In this document: positions 35,671 to 49,022 of the stretch, one piece after another
Numbering within the stretch: the stretch's first letter is position 1
How the letters are laid out: the number at the start of each line of letters is the position of its first letter
Assembly: GCA_002269645.1 (NCBI GenBank)
Contig: NIVC01001374.1
Coordinates: forward strand, 238,686-302,685
Direction: 5' to 3'
From: Macrostomum lignano
Lineage: Eukaryota
Length of the DNA stretch: 64,000 nucleotides
Position numbers and translations under genes: made by a program
Notes under the pieces: generated by a model
Seen by the model: the letters and a program-made list of their open reading frames with translations, nothing else
The model's database searches: none
Told to the model about the DNA's origin: nothing

Positions 35671-37426
35671 TCACGCAATGGAATCCTTGCGATACATGAG
35701 CACTACACACACATCCGGTGGCAGCTCGCCCTCATCCAGGTAGTCGGACAGTTTAACCTTTTCCCAAGCGAGAAAATCTCCAACTCGATCCAGAAACTCG
35801 GACCATACGTCCGGATTTCGATCTTCGTAGGCATGCAGAATCAACGGCGACTGGCCCTCCTTGCAGAATATATCTCGCAAGCTGCCACTGAGCAATTCCA
35901 CGTACTCAAATTGGTATAGACAGTCCGACATAACCAGCAGGTGGACGGGAAAATGATGCAGCGGCGGAGGCTGGCCCCAAACGTAGACATCGGCTACAAC
36001 TGAACAATTGTCCAGCATGTGCGCATTCTGGGCCAGGTTCACGGCCAGCTGGGGCATCACGCCGGGCAGGTCTGTGAGAATCGACTGCAGATTAGACCAA
36101 ATGGAAATACAATACCGTCAGACATGAAATCAATTATAAAACATATTGTAATAATTGAAAGCATATCTGATTCGTCACTTACGACAAAACTTCCGAAATA
36201 TAATGGTGTTGATAATTAACTGCAGACAATTTTAGTTGGGGGTTAAGGTAGGGCTTAGGAATTAGGGTTTAGGTTTGTGTCTAGAAATTAGGAGTTTTGG
36301 ATAAGATTTAGGTTAGGTTTAGGTTAAGGTGAGGCTCGGCAGTCAATAGTTATAGATGCCCAATAAATGATATAGATAGAACAGTGATTTTCATTAATGA
36401 AGCCAACCAAACTAGACTTATTGGGTTTTTTCTACCGTATTTCACCCGAAGGTCAAGAACATTATTAGTCTGTGTGTATGGGCTCTGACTGATGGATTTC
36501 ACACCCATTGTTAGCCTGGTAGAAGATCGTTGAATACCCTTGAACCTCAAGCAACAAAATGCAGAGCTTAAACATGTAGTCAGCTCTGCCAATATATAGC
36601 AAATGGAGATTGACAGTGAGATGAAAAATCATAACTGCTCATTGCATTAAAATGTACAGCATCTATCAGATTAACTGTACACTATACTGTTTGACAGATC
36701 TTTTTTAAACTCGGATCAAATCTGATGCTTTTTTACTCGATGCCAGGGGGGCTGCGTGCACCCTGTCACACGACCGGCGAGAGGCATTACTGCCCATTCC
36801 GCAGACTCCCCTGAGCAGGCGCACAAGCGCGCGGATACGTACGCAGTCATACGCACAGGCACACACTCACACAGGAGTGTACAGCGGCACTAACTTTATA
36901 TTATCGTTGGGCATGAAAAATTCACTGTGCCTTGGGGGTTGAGTCTCAAGGTTGTTAATTGCACGAGCAGAGCCAAGCCCAGATTCCAGTTCAGCCCCAA
37001 AATAATGTGACTGCACTTGGAATGGAGCCTGGGCCGCCGACACATCAGAGCGACGCGCTGGACCACTAGGTTACACCCTTCACATATTAGATGGTTGTAT
37101 CTCGTTTTACTGTTAACAACAGAAAAAAGAATAATTAATTATACAAATAGAAATACCTTGCAGCCAAGCATAGCCAATTGCATGCCAACTAATCCAGTGC
37201 CGCTGCCCAGCTCCAGCGCCGTCATGCTGCTGAAACTCTCGCTGCCCGGCTGCGGCACCGCTCTGGCCATCACGGCGGCCCGAATGCGGTCGGTGAATTC
37301 GGGCACAAGCAGCAGCCGGCTGAGCACCAGGCCGCAGTCCCAGGCCACGCCGCCAATGCCAGAGGACAGGCCAGTCTGCGACAGAGTCAGACTGTAGCCA
37401 TCGACTGTTTCAATCAACAGATCCAT
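35671..37426 (-). CDS. VCPKMT: VCP lysine methyltransferase (METTL21D family), 227 aa
   Basis: Exons 37426-37157 and 36084-35671 (phase 0). Motifs GIGGVAWDCGLVLSRLL..PEF, ALELGSGTGLVG, LTDLP, VWG, VMSDCLY, YEDRNPDV align with recalled VCPKMT motifs. Confidence 0.85.
36235..36332. repeat. Degenerate TTAGGG/TTTAGG-like tract
   Basis: ggttaaggtagggcttaggaattagggtttagg...ttaggtttaggttaagg. Confidence 0.6.
36746..37078 (-). mobile_element. SINE family A copy in the VCPKMT intron
   Basis: Homologous to the two copies above, with the tRNA-like head retained. Confidence 0.8.
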
Positions 37427-37592
37427 TATTCAATTAAAGCGTCTCAGGTTGCAGCTGGTCAAGTACTCTCAGAACTGTTTAAGCCTACGATGCTGCTGCA
37501 TGACTCGGAGTCTGCATGCATTTATTGAACTCGTTATTAGTAGATGCGTATTGGCGCGTTTGCATGTGCCCAGGAGTCAGTGGAATGGTGTA

Positions 37593-38002
37593 CCCTTGAA
37601 ATGATGCACCTGATATCTACCTGATGCAGCCCTGCTCATATTATACTGTTCTGTAATCTGCGTAACCCATCAAGCTGTGTCAACCCTTGAAATGATGCAC
37701 CTGATATCTACCTGATGCAGCCCTGCTCATATTATACTGTTCTGTAATCTGCGTAACCCATCAAGCTGTGCCAACCCTTGAAATGATGCACCTGATATCT
37801 ACCTGATGCAGCCCTGCTCATATTATACTGTTCTGTAATCTGCGTAACCCATCAAGCTGTGTCAACCCTTGAAATGGTGCACCTGATATCTACCTGATGC
37901 AGCCCTGCTCATATTAATAATGTTCTGTAATTTGTGTAACCCATCAAGCTGTGCCAACCCTTGAAATGATGCACCTGATATCTACCTGATGCAGCCCTGC
38001 TC
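37593..38002. repeat. 91-bp tandem array, ~4.5 copies, between the HAUS3-like 3' end and the VCPKMT start
   Basis: cccttgaaatgatgcacc starts at 37593, 37684, 37775, 37866, 37958. Confidence 0.95.
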
Positions 38003-38281
38003 GCGACTGTTAACCGCTTGACCAGCCCTCTAACTCTAAGCCAAACAAGCCAACTTCCGAACGAAACAAAAACACGAAACTGTTCATTAAAATATTTATT
38101 AAAAATAATTTAAGTATCCCGGGCACTGCCGGCAGTTGTCCTTATTTTATTTAAAGCATAATATAATGAGAACCGTGAAAGCTACATAATAATAAATGCA
38201 CAGAAATAATACACGCTTTTCGAAAGAAGTAAAACATTCGGCACAATTTGGTTTAGGAATTGGCAATGAAAAGTGCAATCG

Positions 38282-41200
38282 CTACTGGCTACCCGAGTGA
38301 GTTGCAGCCCATCGCTGCTTGACTTGCACAAGCCGGCTGTTCAACTTGCCAAGCCGCTGTCGATGCGCCGAGATCGCGTCAGAATTGGCAGAGCCATCCT
38401 CTGACATCATCGCTTTGGCCAGTTTTAATGCACTCTCAGTGGCATCCAGAACATCATCAGGCGTTGCCTTAGAAACGGCCGTGTCAGCGGCTGTGCCAAC
38501 ATCTAGCCTAGCCCGGAGCCGGCTCAGCCTATCCAGGTAAGCGGACAAGCGACCATCCCGATTCTTTGATGATCCGCTGTCGACGATTCTCAACTGAAGC
38601 GTCGGAGCGTCTTCGTCCTCAGCCAGTCGCCGACGCGACGACTCCAGCAAGCTGCGCAGACGCCGAAGTCTGGCCAGCTCGGCCTCCTGGCCAGTGAGCA
38701 GCCGCTCGTGTAGCGCCCGCCTACGCTGCAGCAGATCCAACAGTCTGGCCTGACGCTCTGCCAGGAGACGCAGACTAGCTAGACGCCTATCCAGCCTGCG
38801 CTGCTCCTGCTGTCCAGCAAGCGTTGAAGCAGCCGCGGCAGCGGCAGACTCAATAGTAGTAGAGTCTGGCAAAGCTGAACTAGATGATAAATCGAATTCC
38901 TGAGCCGATTTGGCTTCAGCTAGCCAAGTCTTGGCCATAGACAGCGTCCGCTCCGGGTCGTCCAGGTGAACGCGAAGTCGCCTACACTGCTCGGCCAGAA
39001 CCGCCGATCGTCCTGCTAGGCGCCCGCGTTCAACCAGCACTTGGCGGTGGAGATTGCGCACCCGTTGAAGCTCCGAGTACGAGGAGGTCGAGCAGCTCTC
39101 CAAAGCATCGCAGTTCTGCTCGTCGCTGTCCGATTCAAAGTTGTCGCAGGCGTTGCTGGAATCAGACGAGAACAGTCGATCGGCAAGGCCGACAAGCGCC
39201 CGGTCTAAGGCGGCCTCAGCTTCGGTTAATGGTGCAGCTGGGCGAGCGCACAGCAGCGTAGGCGCCGGGCTGCCTTGTAGCAGCAGCCGAGAATGCAAGT
39301 TGCGCACCTGCAATGTGTTTCGGTTATTAGCTGCCGAAGTTACAAAACAACTACTATTCCACTAAATACAATTAAGGAACGTCGTACTTCTTAACAGCAG
39401 TTTCAAAACTTAAAACGGTTAGACCTACTCTCAATTTGTTTGATTAATCTTTATAGCCTAGTGGGGGTTTTAGCCTAGTAGATAGAGCGTGGAATGCACG
39501 ACTGAAAGGTCGATGGTTCGATTCTCGACCTTACTCGGAACAATTTGTGTCATTGAACACGCTTAACTCTGCATTGTTTCAGTTCACCCAGCTGTAAAAT
39601 GCATTAGCTGGGTAATCGAGGGTGTGTGTGGCGACCCCCAGTCCTTGGACTGAACAGCCGTACGCAGCCTTCAGATGCGCCGCACAGTAGCTGCGGCTGA
39701 GCTGTCGGTTGCACAGCTGGCCCAATTGGGGCAGGTTTAATCAATTATTATCGACTATGACTATTTATTGGCTTACTTTGTTATTATCATCATCTTAATA
39801 CAAAAGCATTCAAAGGACATACATGCGCAACTGCTGGCTGACCTGGCCGATCCGGCCACCGTAAATCGTGGCTGACCAGGGGTAAGTCGCAAAATTGAGT
39901 CAACCAAAAACAGAAAAACACAAGAACCAAGAAAGGCAAGAGGAAAGCGAAAGAAAGAGCAGTTCAGGGAAAATGGTGAAGCAAAAGAAAAACAATTCGC
40001 AAAAGAAGCAAACTAAGTTGTAAAAATAATCAGGTAAGTCGCAAAAAGGATTAGGTAAGTCGCAAAAAGGATAGGTAAGTCGCAAAAAGGATTAGGTAAG
40101 TCGCAAAAGGGTTAGGTAAGTCGCAAAAGGGTTAGGTAAGTCGCAAAAGGATTAGGTAAGTCGCAAAAAGAATCAGGTAAGTCGCAAAAGGATCAGCTAA
40201 GTCGCAAAAGGATTAGGTAAGTCGCAAAAAGGATTAGGTAAGTCGCAAAAGGATTAGGTAAGTCGCAAAAAGGATTAGGTAAGTCGCAAAAGGGTTAGGT
40301 AAGTCGCAAAAGGGTTAGGTAAGTCGCAAAAGGATTAGGTAAGTCGCAAAAAGAATCAGGTAAGTCGCAAAAGGATCAGCTAAGTCGCAAAAGGATTAGG
40401 TAAGTCGCAAAAAGGATTAGGTAAGTCGCAAAAGGATTAGGTAAGTCGCAAAAAGGATTAGGTAAGTCGCAAAAGGGTTAGGTAAGTCGCAAAAGGGTTA
40501 GGTAAGTCGCAAAAGGATTAGGTAAGTCGCAAAAAGAATCAGGTAAGTCGCAAAAGGATCAGCTAAGTCGCAAAAGGATTAGGTAAGTCGCAAAAAGGAT
40601 TAGGTAAGTCGCAAAAGGGTTAGGTAAGTCGCAAAAGGATTAGGTAAGTCGCAAAAAGGATTAGGTAAGTCGCAAAAGGGTTAGGTAAGTCGCAAAAGGG
40701 TTAGGTAAGTCGCAAAAGGGTTAGGTAAGTCGCAAAAGGATTAGGTAAGTCGCAAAAAGAATCAGGTAAGTCGCAAAAAGGATTAGGTAAGTCGCAAAAG
40801 GATTAGGTAAGTCGCAAAAGGATTAGGTAAGTCGCAAAAAGGATTAGGTAAGTCGCAAAAGGGTTAGGTAAGTCGCAAAAGGGTTAGGTAAGTCGCAAAA
40901 GGATTAGGTAAGTCGCAAAAAGAATCAGGTAAGTCGCAAAAGGATCAGCTAAGTCGCAAAAGGATTAGGTAAGTCGCAAAAAGGATTAGGTAAGTCGCAA
41001 AAGGGTTAGGTAAGTCGCAAAAGGATTAGGTAAGTCGCAAAAAGGATTAGGTAAGTCGCAAAAGGGTTAGGTAAGTCGCAAAAGGGTTAGGTAAGTCGCA
41101 AAAGGGTTAGGTAAGTCGCAAAAGGATTAGGTAAGTCGCAAAAAGAATCAGGTAAGTCGCAAAAGGATCAGCTAAGTCGCAAAAGGATTAGGTAAGTCGC

Positions 41201-43334
41201 AAAAAGGATTAGGTAAGTCGCAAAAAGGATTAGGTAAGTCGCAAAAGGATTAAGTAAGTCGCAAAAAGAAACAACTAAGTCGCAATAAGAGGGAAGTAAG
41301 TCACAATCAGAGGCAATCAGGGGGTAGTAGGTGCAAGTGTGGCAGGAGAGCAAAAACAGAATAGAAGCCTTCAACCGCAGACAAGATCTTTGAAATCAGA
41401 AGCCCGCGTCAACAGTTTCCCATTGATTTCTTAAACTCTGGAGCAGGGGTTGGCAAACTCCGGCTCGCGAAGCCCCTCTATCTGGCCCTCGCCCCTCGGG
41501 TTCTTTGAAACTTCCTAACCAGCAAGGTTGGTGTCTCATTAACTCTCATCTCTCTCTTCTTCTCTACCTTGCCTCCCCTCTTCTCTCTCCCCCCTTTTCC
41601 CTCTTCTCTCTCCTCTCATTTTTACTCTTCTTTCTTCTCCCCCTTTCTCTCTACCCTTTCTCCTCAATGCCCTCTTCTCTCCTCTTATCTTCAGCAAAAA
41701 TATGTGCATAATTTCTTACTTCAAAGTAGAGGGAATAGAAGATTAGAGATAAGCAAACAGAGGAGAGGCGAGCGATGCGATGGGAGAAAAGATAGAAGAG
41801 GAGAGAAAAGCTGAGGGAGGAAAAAGAGATGAGAGAGAAGAGGAGATTAGAGGAAAGAGGAAAGAAAAGATGATGGATGAGATCAGAAGAGAGGAAAGAG
41901 GAAAGAGGAGAGAGTAGATGAGAGAAGAGAGGATAAAGAGGAGATGAGAGGAGAGTGAAGAGAGGAGAGATGAGAGAGTAGAAAAGAGAGGAGAGATAAG
42001 ATGAGAGAGTAGAGTGGAGAGAGACGAGAGGGAAGATAAGATGAGAGAGTAGAGTGGAATGGAGAGACGAGAGGAGAGATAAGAATGTAGAGAGGAGACA
42101 GAAGAGATAGGAGAGGAAAGAGAGGAGAGAGGAGAGGAAAGAGAGAAGGGATAAGGGATGAGAGAGAAAAGAAAAAGATGATAAGAAGATTGAGGAATGG
42201 AGAGAATTTGCAAAGGCCTCAAATCTTAGTTTAACATGCATTACTCCCATCTTTGCCTTTTTCCTAACTGTTAACAAGTTTTTGTTTGAGCATGACTTCA
42301 AAATTAGAATCTATGCAAAAATAGTTCCGGGAATTAGAATTCAGTGGTTTAAAAATCTGTGGGTTTTCACAGCTTGTATCTCTACTGGATTCGTATTCTG
42401 CATCTGATGAGCCATCTGAATCAGGGCTCTCATCTTCCATGCCAAATCGTCTAGCAAATCGTTCTTGAGCTATAGGTCACACTGTATTCACTTCACTTAC
42501 TTCTGGACATTCATGAATCATGACTTTTGTAGTATGCTCACTACACTGTACTGACAATTTACTAATTGCTTCATGCCGCCACTAGATGACACTGATTAGC
42601 TGTTATAAAAACGCGGAATCTGCACGCAGCACTAATTAGCTGGCGAGGCATTTAGCTTTAAAAATATGGTCATAGTTACTCCTGCCGTTTACCTAAAGTT
42701 TTTGCTTGGCTCTTTCATAGGTAAGTCGCATTTTTTATCGAAAACTAAGTCGCACGGCCAGCGTAATTTCAGAAGTTGCGCATGTATGTTCAAAGGATGC
42801 CAAATCAAAAGCCTGCTGACGAATTTGATTAAAAATCAGATTTAACAATTGCCTCAATTTTTTTAAACTGCCTAATAGGTAGAATAATAAGAAAATTACT
42901 AAATTCAAAATAGAATTCACCTGTTCGGAAAAGCTATTTAGCGCCTCATGATAGTCGCGCTCCACAATTAGCTCTTCCTCTTGCCGTTCATTGCACTGAT
43001 CTTCGCCATCAGCCAGAGTAGCAGTGGTTGCCAGGGCGGAAGCTGGCAACTCCTCAGCGCTCTTCAATGCCTTTAACTGACGCTCAAGTCGCACAGAATG
43101 CGCCAGTTCCAGCAGGCCAAACAGGGAACGCCTGGCGATGTTGGCAGCAACTGTAGCTGAGCCAAGACTGTCACGTCCCAAGTTGGCAGCCCGCCAGACA
43201 AGCGGCAACTCATCAATACTGCGCCGCAGATGGCTGTCAGAATGTTCAGCGTCATAGGCGCTGGAGAGAACAGCTACCTGACTGGCTGATACAGACACAC
43301 CAACCGATTCCATGAAATGCAGGAAACTCTCCAT
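38282..43334 (-). CDS. HAUS3: HAUS augmin-like complex subunit 3-like protein (~479 aa, divergent)
   Basis: Exons 43334-42921 and 39307-38282 (phase 0, CAG|gtgaat...tgcag|GTG). ERQARLLDLLQRRRALHERLLTGQEAELARLRRLRSLLE and EQVRNLH...ALVGLADRLF align by eye with recalled HAUS3 coiled-coil segments; not database-confirmed. Confidence 0.6.
39462..39690 (+). mobile_element. SINE family B copy in the HAUS3-like intron
   Basis: Head, CORE-like body and tail (ggactgaacagccgtacgcagccttcaga) shared with the 16365 copy. Confidence 0.78.
40030..41275. repeat. 20/21-bp satellite (AGGTAAGTCGCAAAAGGATT)n with higher-order periodicity
   Basis: About 60 units; the variant 'aatcagg' recurs at 40171, 40354, 40537, 40760, 40923, 41146. 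Confidence 0.95.
41446..42200 (+). mobile_element. hAT (Charlie-like) terminus followed by CT-rich then GA-rich low-complexity DNA
   Basis: CAGGGGTTGGCAAACTCCGGCTCGCGAAGCC terminus; homologous to 26200-26490. Confidence 0.55.
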
Positions 43335-44649
43335 TGAAGCCAGCAGTATATCGCTTCCATTGTATGAAAAAAAACGATTGAATGATAAACACAGGCTTTT
43401 TAAGCTAGTTCAGAGGAATATATAAGCCAAGATACTTTACCAGAACAACAGCATGACATGTTTTATAAGAATCTAATTTCACTAAGGTTGTCTATTGCCT
43501 ATTGACACTTTAATAATACTTTTTAATGCTATTTTAAGAAGTCATGTTGAAACTTTTGAATAGACTCACTGATGAAATGAGAAATTTGACTATAGGCAAA
43601 TCTTGGCAAGAAATTCTTGATGGAAAGAACTTGACAAACAAGCGAAGCTATATATTTGGCTTCTCTTTAAGTCCATTAAAATAAATCTTCTATGATTTAA
43701 TAAAAAAGTATTTAAAGAAAGTAAGTAGTATTTTTCAGCTAGGTCTTAATTTAAGATTACTAGTAGCATAATAGGGTTATACAAATCATTTAGGATTTTT
43801 ACCCACATAATTTTGTCCCAGTTGGAGACAGTGTGACCAAAATTTAGGACATTTCATCCAATTTTCTTGGTATTATAACAAGAAGTATTCTTAGTTATAT
43901 ATATAAGAGTTTTTTAACAAATGAAATAGACATTTGACTTACAGATTTAATTTATTCAAAGCAGAAAATATATTTTTTAACCTTTGGTCACTTTGCCACT
44001 TAAATGGAAAGATAGTGGTCTGTTCGTAAAAACAACCACCCTAACCATTGCTATGTATTGGAGCAGTGTATGACATATTCTGCATTCAATACAAATAACC
44101 CCCTTGTTAGGCTGCAATTAAATTTTAATGATTCTCCTGGAACAGGGGGTTGGGCTAAGTGTACATAGCATAACAATGTATAATGTAAACAGAGGCTATG
44201 GATAGCTAGGACTGTGTTGAGATTCAATACTTGTAGGTTTTATTATTGGTACCTTTCAATAAGGCAGCCTTGTATATTAGTTAGGCAATACAATTCAATG
44301 AATAAACTTGTGAGTCTCTTACTGTAGGCTTGCCAGTAAATATACACTCAATATTTCAATGCTTTAAATTAGAAAATTTCAAACACTATATATTCTTTGA
44401 GTTTTAAACTCTGAGAAGAGAGATTTATAGTTCTAGAAAGATCTTACAACACTGAGTTTGGGGATAAAAGTTGTTTGTTTTAAATAATAAAAAAGCACAG
44501 CATTAAAGAAACTATTTCCATACTTAGTCTTAGCTTTCTTCAAAGATTGTAGTCATTTTTGCAATAGGTCAGACATTAGAGTCAAAGATAAAGTTGGGCA
44601 GTTGCATACACACATTCAAACCAGCTATCATTTAGGTAATTTCAATAAT

Positions 44650-45880
44650 GGAGATTGACAGAAGGGAGAGAAAAGGGGAATAAGGTAGGAATGAAAAGGG
44701 AGAGAGAAGAGAAAAGAAGAAAAAAGAGAAAGTAGAAGGTAGAAAGGAGAGATATGAAGGTAGAGAGAGAAGAGAGAACAGAGAGAAAAGAAATGAGAAA
44801 AAAGTAGCCTAGAAAGTAGAAAAAAGAAACTAGAAAGGAAAGAGAAGAGAGTAAAGATAAGAGTGTAGAGGTAGAGATGAGTTAAGAACTCAATTTAAGT
44901 CTTGATTGGCTGCAATGATAAAGATAAGCCGAATATTAATTAAATTGATGAATTTTAGCTTAAAGGAAATGATATATGGTGGATTGCAGTTTAATGGAGA
45001 GGATTTTTTATATCTATTTCACAAATAGGATTTTGATAGATTTCTGTTTTATATAAAGGATTAAAGGGTAAAATGAAAGGGAATAGAGGAAAGAAAAGAG
45101 GAAATAAGAAATAAAAGATTTGATAAGAAAGAACATAAGAAGAGAGAGTGAAAGGGAGCAAATAGCCTAGGGCCTAGAGAAAAAAGGGAATGGAGACAAA
45201 GAAGAGATAATAGAGTCAAAAGAGAGAGAAAAAGAAAAGAGATAGAAAAAATAGAAAATATGAGGAATAAGAATTCTCTCTAAGAAGGTAGAGAGAATAT
45301 AGGATATAATGACTAAATGCATATTATAGGCCTAGGCCTATGATTAGGATAATAGTAGGGCTTAGCTAAATTTAAGATATAAAATCCTAGCTAGGGGGGC
45401 CTATTCTAATAATATAATAAATAAACAAAACCTATTAATGAGTAAAAGTAATACAATAGGTTAGATCTATTCAAAGGTTAGCAAACATTTATCTAAAGGC
45501 CTAGATAAGAAATTCAAATGATACTTGCAGGCTAGATGAGAGTAGAAGAGAAGGAATAGAATCATAGATAAAAAGCAAGAAATAGGATAAGGGAAAAGAT
45601 AAATGAGAAAAAGGGAGGAAAGAGAGAAGAAAAGAAAAGGGGAGAGGAAAAGGGAAGGGGTAAAAGAAGAAGAAGGAAAGAGGAGAAGGTGAAGAGGGAA
45701 GAAAGGAGAAAAAGGGAAGGGAAAGAAAGAAAGGAGGAAAAGGAAAAATGAGAGAAGGAAGAGAAACAATAAAAAAGGAAAGAGGAAAAAAGAAAGAGAA
45801 GGAAAGCCTAGGAAGAAGAAGGAAGGAATAGGAAGAGAAACAATAAAAAAGGAAAGAGAAAAAAAGAAAGAGCTGAGCAG
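44650..45880. repeat. GA-rich (polypurine) low-complexity tracts
   Basis: Long A/G-only stretches producing spurious F/L/S-rich ORFs on the minus strand. Confidence 0.8.
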
Positions 45881-45888
45881 AGACAAAA

Positions 45889-46445
45889 GGCAATCCTACA
45901 CTTCCGTTCGGTAAACTATTTTAACATTTGAATTCGTACCACCAAGTCAAATGACATTGATTGGCAATGTGTCTATGGCCAAAAGTTTGAGCAAACAGAG
46001 TTTAAGGGGGGTGTCAGTTTAAAGGAAGCTGTTGCTTGTGAGCTGCTTGTTTTTTGAGCTTCAATTTCTCATATCTTCCTGTCTTCAGTGCCATGGCTGG
46101 GCGACCTGCAGCACCCGGGTTCATCATCCTGTTAAACGAGGTTCAAAACATCGCCAAGCTACTCAATCTCAACATGTCACTATGGGATCTGCACATCATC
46201 ACCCAGGACACGCTGTCTACAATGCAGTGGGGCTATTGTCCATTTGGGGCTATCCTGTACTGGATTGGACATTATTATCCATTGTAGACACCTTAATGAC
46301 CTGCAGCCACTCTAAGTGACTATGCACTCTAACAGACTGCTACCATGTTCCACTGTTTCAGTTTTGTTTGGTTACATTGTTATTTAACACGCCTGTTCAA
46401 AATTCAGTGTCAAAATAATTTACCAAACGGAAGTGTAGGATTGCC
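45889..46445. mobile_element. MITE with GGCAATCCTACACTTCCGTT terminal inverted repeats
   Basis: ggcaatcctacacttccgttcggtaaa...tttaccaaacggaagtgtaggattgcc; no clear TSD. Confidence 0.65.
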
Positions 46446-46694
46446 AAGACAAAAACCTTGAGCAAGCCAAATTGCTTTTATAAAGTTTCAAAGGACCTGA
46501 CGACCAGATAGAAAGGCTTTGAGAGCTACGTAGTTGCAGACCAGAGTTTGATAACCTTTAGTCAAAGGCCCATATACTTATAATTATATAGAATAGGGCC
46601 TATAGATAATGAATTTCAAAGAAACTATTTATACTGGGTTTAACATCATTAAACGTTAGGCCTATAGAAAAAATTAGATATAGGGGGCCTAAAT

Positions 46695-47747
46695 CAAGGA
46701 CTTCTAGACTAACAGGACGTAAAACTCAAAGATCGTGCAATTTTTTGGAGGCCACGATTTCCTGGAAAAAATACACTGCAAAGATAGGAAAAAATCAGTT
46801 TTTCGTCACAAAATCTGTGATTGTATTTGATCTGGGGCAGTGAAGACTACCATTCTTTTAATTTAACATGCACAATATGTTACTCTATTATATTTTCATA
46901 TAGCTGTGTAGTGAAGTTTTCATTTTCATATTGTTTTCACTTTATTTCATAAGCCCAAAGTTGCAAACTCACAAGTGGCATTAGCCAAATATCAAATTCA
47001 AGAAAAGAAAAGCTATTCAAATTTGTAATATAATAATATTTTTAGCCTTTAAAATAAAAGTTATAAAAGGACTAATCAATGTTTTTTCTTATAGATACCT
47101 AGTAAAAATGGTTAGGGTCTATTTTTGTGATTGTCTATTCTTCTTAAATCTTAGTCCTAAATATAGGCTTGGCTTAAAAACTGATAATACAGCTTTCTCA
47201 AGCCTAGGTAACCAACCATATGAAACTATTTATTGGTAATCTATATATAATAAAAAAATCTAAATTTATACTAATCTCTAAGTCATTGTCTAAATTTAAT
47301 TACTTATTAGGCTAGATAGTGTAGTGATAGGTCTAGTTCTAGTAGGCCTACGAATTAGTATAGTTACTAAACCTACAATAATAGCTTAAGACTAAGAGTA
47401 CCTACATGCAATGTTTTTTATACTTTAATTTTAAAAAGAACAATACAAAAAGTTTGGCTAATGCCACTTGTGAGTTTGCAACTTTGGGCTTATGAAATAA
47501 AGTGAAAACAATATGAAAATGAAAACTTCACTACACAGCTATATGAAAATATAATAGAGTAACATATTGTGCATGTTAAATTAAAAGAATGGTAGTCTTC
47601 ACTGCCCCAGATCAAATACAATCACAGATTTTGTGACGAAAAACTGATTTTTTCCTATCTTCGCAGTGTATTTTTTCCAGGAAATCGTGGCCTCCAAAAA
47701 ATTGCACGATCTTTGAGTTTTACGTCCTGTTGGTCTAGAAGTCCTTG
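46695..47747. mobile_element. Non-autonomous DNA transposon with ~295-bp near-perfect TIRs and 8-bp TSD (hAT or P superfamily)
   Basis: GCCTAAAT|CAAGGACTTCTAGAC...GTCTAGAAGTCCTTG|GCCTAAAT. Confidence 0.9.
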
Positions 47748-48597
47748 GCCTAAATTTGTCTTTAAATATAGATATGCAGGCCTACACAACAGCATTTATC
47801 AGCCTGTTCTAAATAGCCAAATACAAGGAAAGCTCAGAGTACGAGCGGCCACAAAATTTGTTTGAATACTTTGTCTGAACTGAATGATTAATGAATGTCT
47901 TGATTTAAGACTTGAGTTTACTGGACTGCAGAGCAAACAATAGGCCTACTCCAGTCTCAGTCGATTGACAATGACAATATCTATCTCAGGACGCGAGGTC
48001 TGACTCTGAGGACGGGGGGGGGAATAAAGGTGGTTATTACTTATTTGAGGGGTCAAGGGACCTTTCTTTCTTTTGCTAGTAGACTAATAGTCGTAGTAGC
48101 CTACGATCAATGAGAATAGTGGCTCAGGCTGAACAGCCTGTTTGGCCAAAACGAGTTAATCTGTATATTTTTATTTTCTGATAATCTTTGTTGAATAAAC
48201 GAATATTTTCTATGAAACTATTGAACTTGAATTTGTTGGCATTGTAATCAAAATTGTATGCTCTTTTCGGCCGAGTTCCCATCGGTGCCAGAAATTCCGG
48301 AAATGCAAGTCGATTTAGACAAATTAGGGGTGCGATGGGAACTCCAGCTGCTGAGTTCCTCAGGCTCAGGGGTAGCTGTGGTCGTGGCTGAGTGGTCAAA
48401 GATAATGCTGTCCTTCAGAATGCAGGGCACACAGGATTTTTTTGCCAAAATTGTTTTTTAGTAGTTCGCTGCACTAAAACCGCTATAATTTGCCGAGAAA
48501 GGCCCTGAGACTTCCAGACTTGATTACAACAACAACAAAATACGCTGTCAGGATGGCAAAAGTCAGTGTCACAGGGCGCGCTTCATGGCTTGGGCGC

Positions 48598-49022
48598 GAA
48601 CAAAGGCCGCGCCACCGGCAGTGTCCGGGGCGCCGGCGTCAGCCAGCAGACAGTCGACATAACGCCGAGTTCGCGCTTGACCTCGCCGGTAGGGTGCCTG
48701 CAGCGTGAGCAGCAGCACCTATAGCCTGCACCGGCTGTGGGCAGTACGACTCGGCGCGGATGAGATGGCCTGCGAGCTGGAGTTGCCGACGGCGCAGTAG
48801 ATCACTTGGACGTGGCAGGCCAGCGCGACGATAGTGCCGCGTTGATGACTCGCTCGACGCCGATGTTGAAGGCGGCGCGCAGCAGGCCAGCGTGCGCCGC
48901 ATCGACTTGCTGTTCGAGTGAGTCCGTCAGCGTCCAGGTCTCGGCGTTGTACAGCAGGACGGTCTCGATAACCGCCTGGAACAGGTCCGTGTCGCAGGTC
49001 CTCGCGAGCGTCTGGAACCAGA
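48598..49022 (-). mobile_element. RTE-clade LINE 3' fragment
   Basis: FQAVIETVLLYNAETWTLTDSLEQQVDAAHAGLLRAAF...RRRQLQLAGHLIRAE, frameshifted. Confidence 0.85.

Noticed and set aside
41505-45893. F/L/S-rich 'membrane protein' ORFs
   Set aside because: Translations of polypurine/polypyrimidine low-complexity DNA
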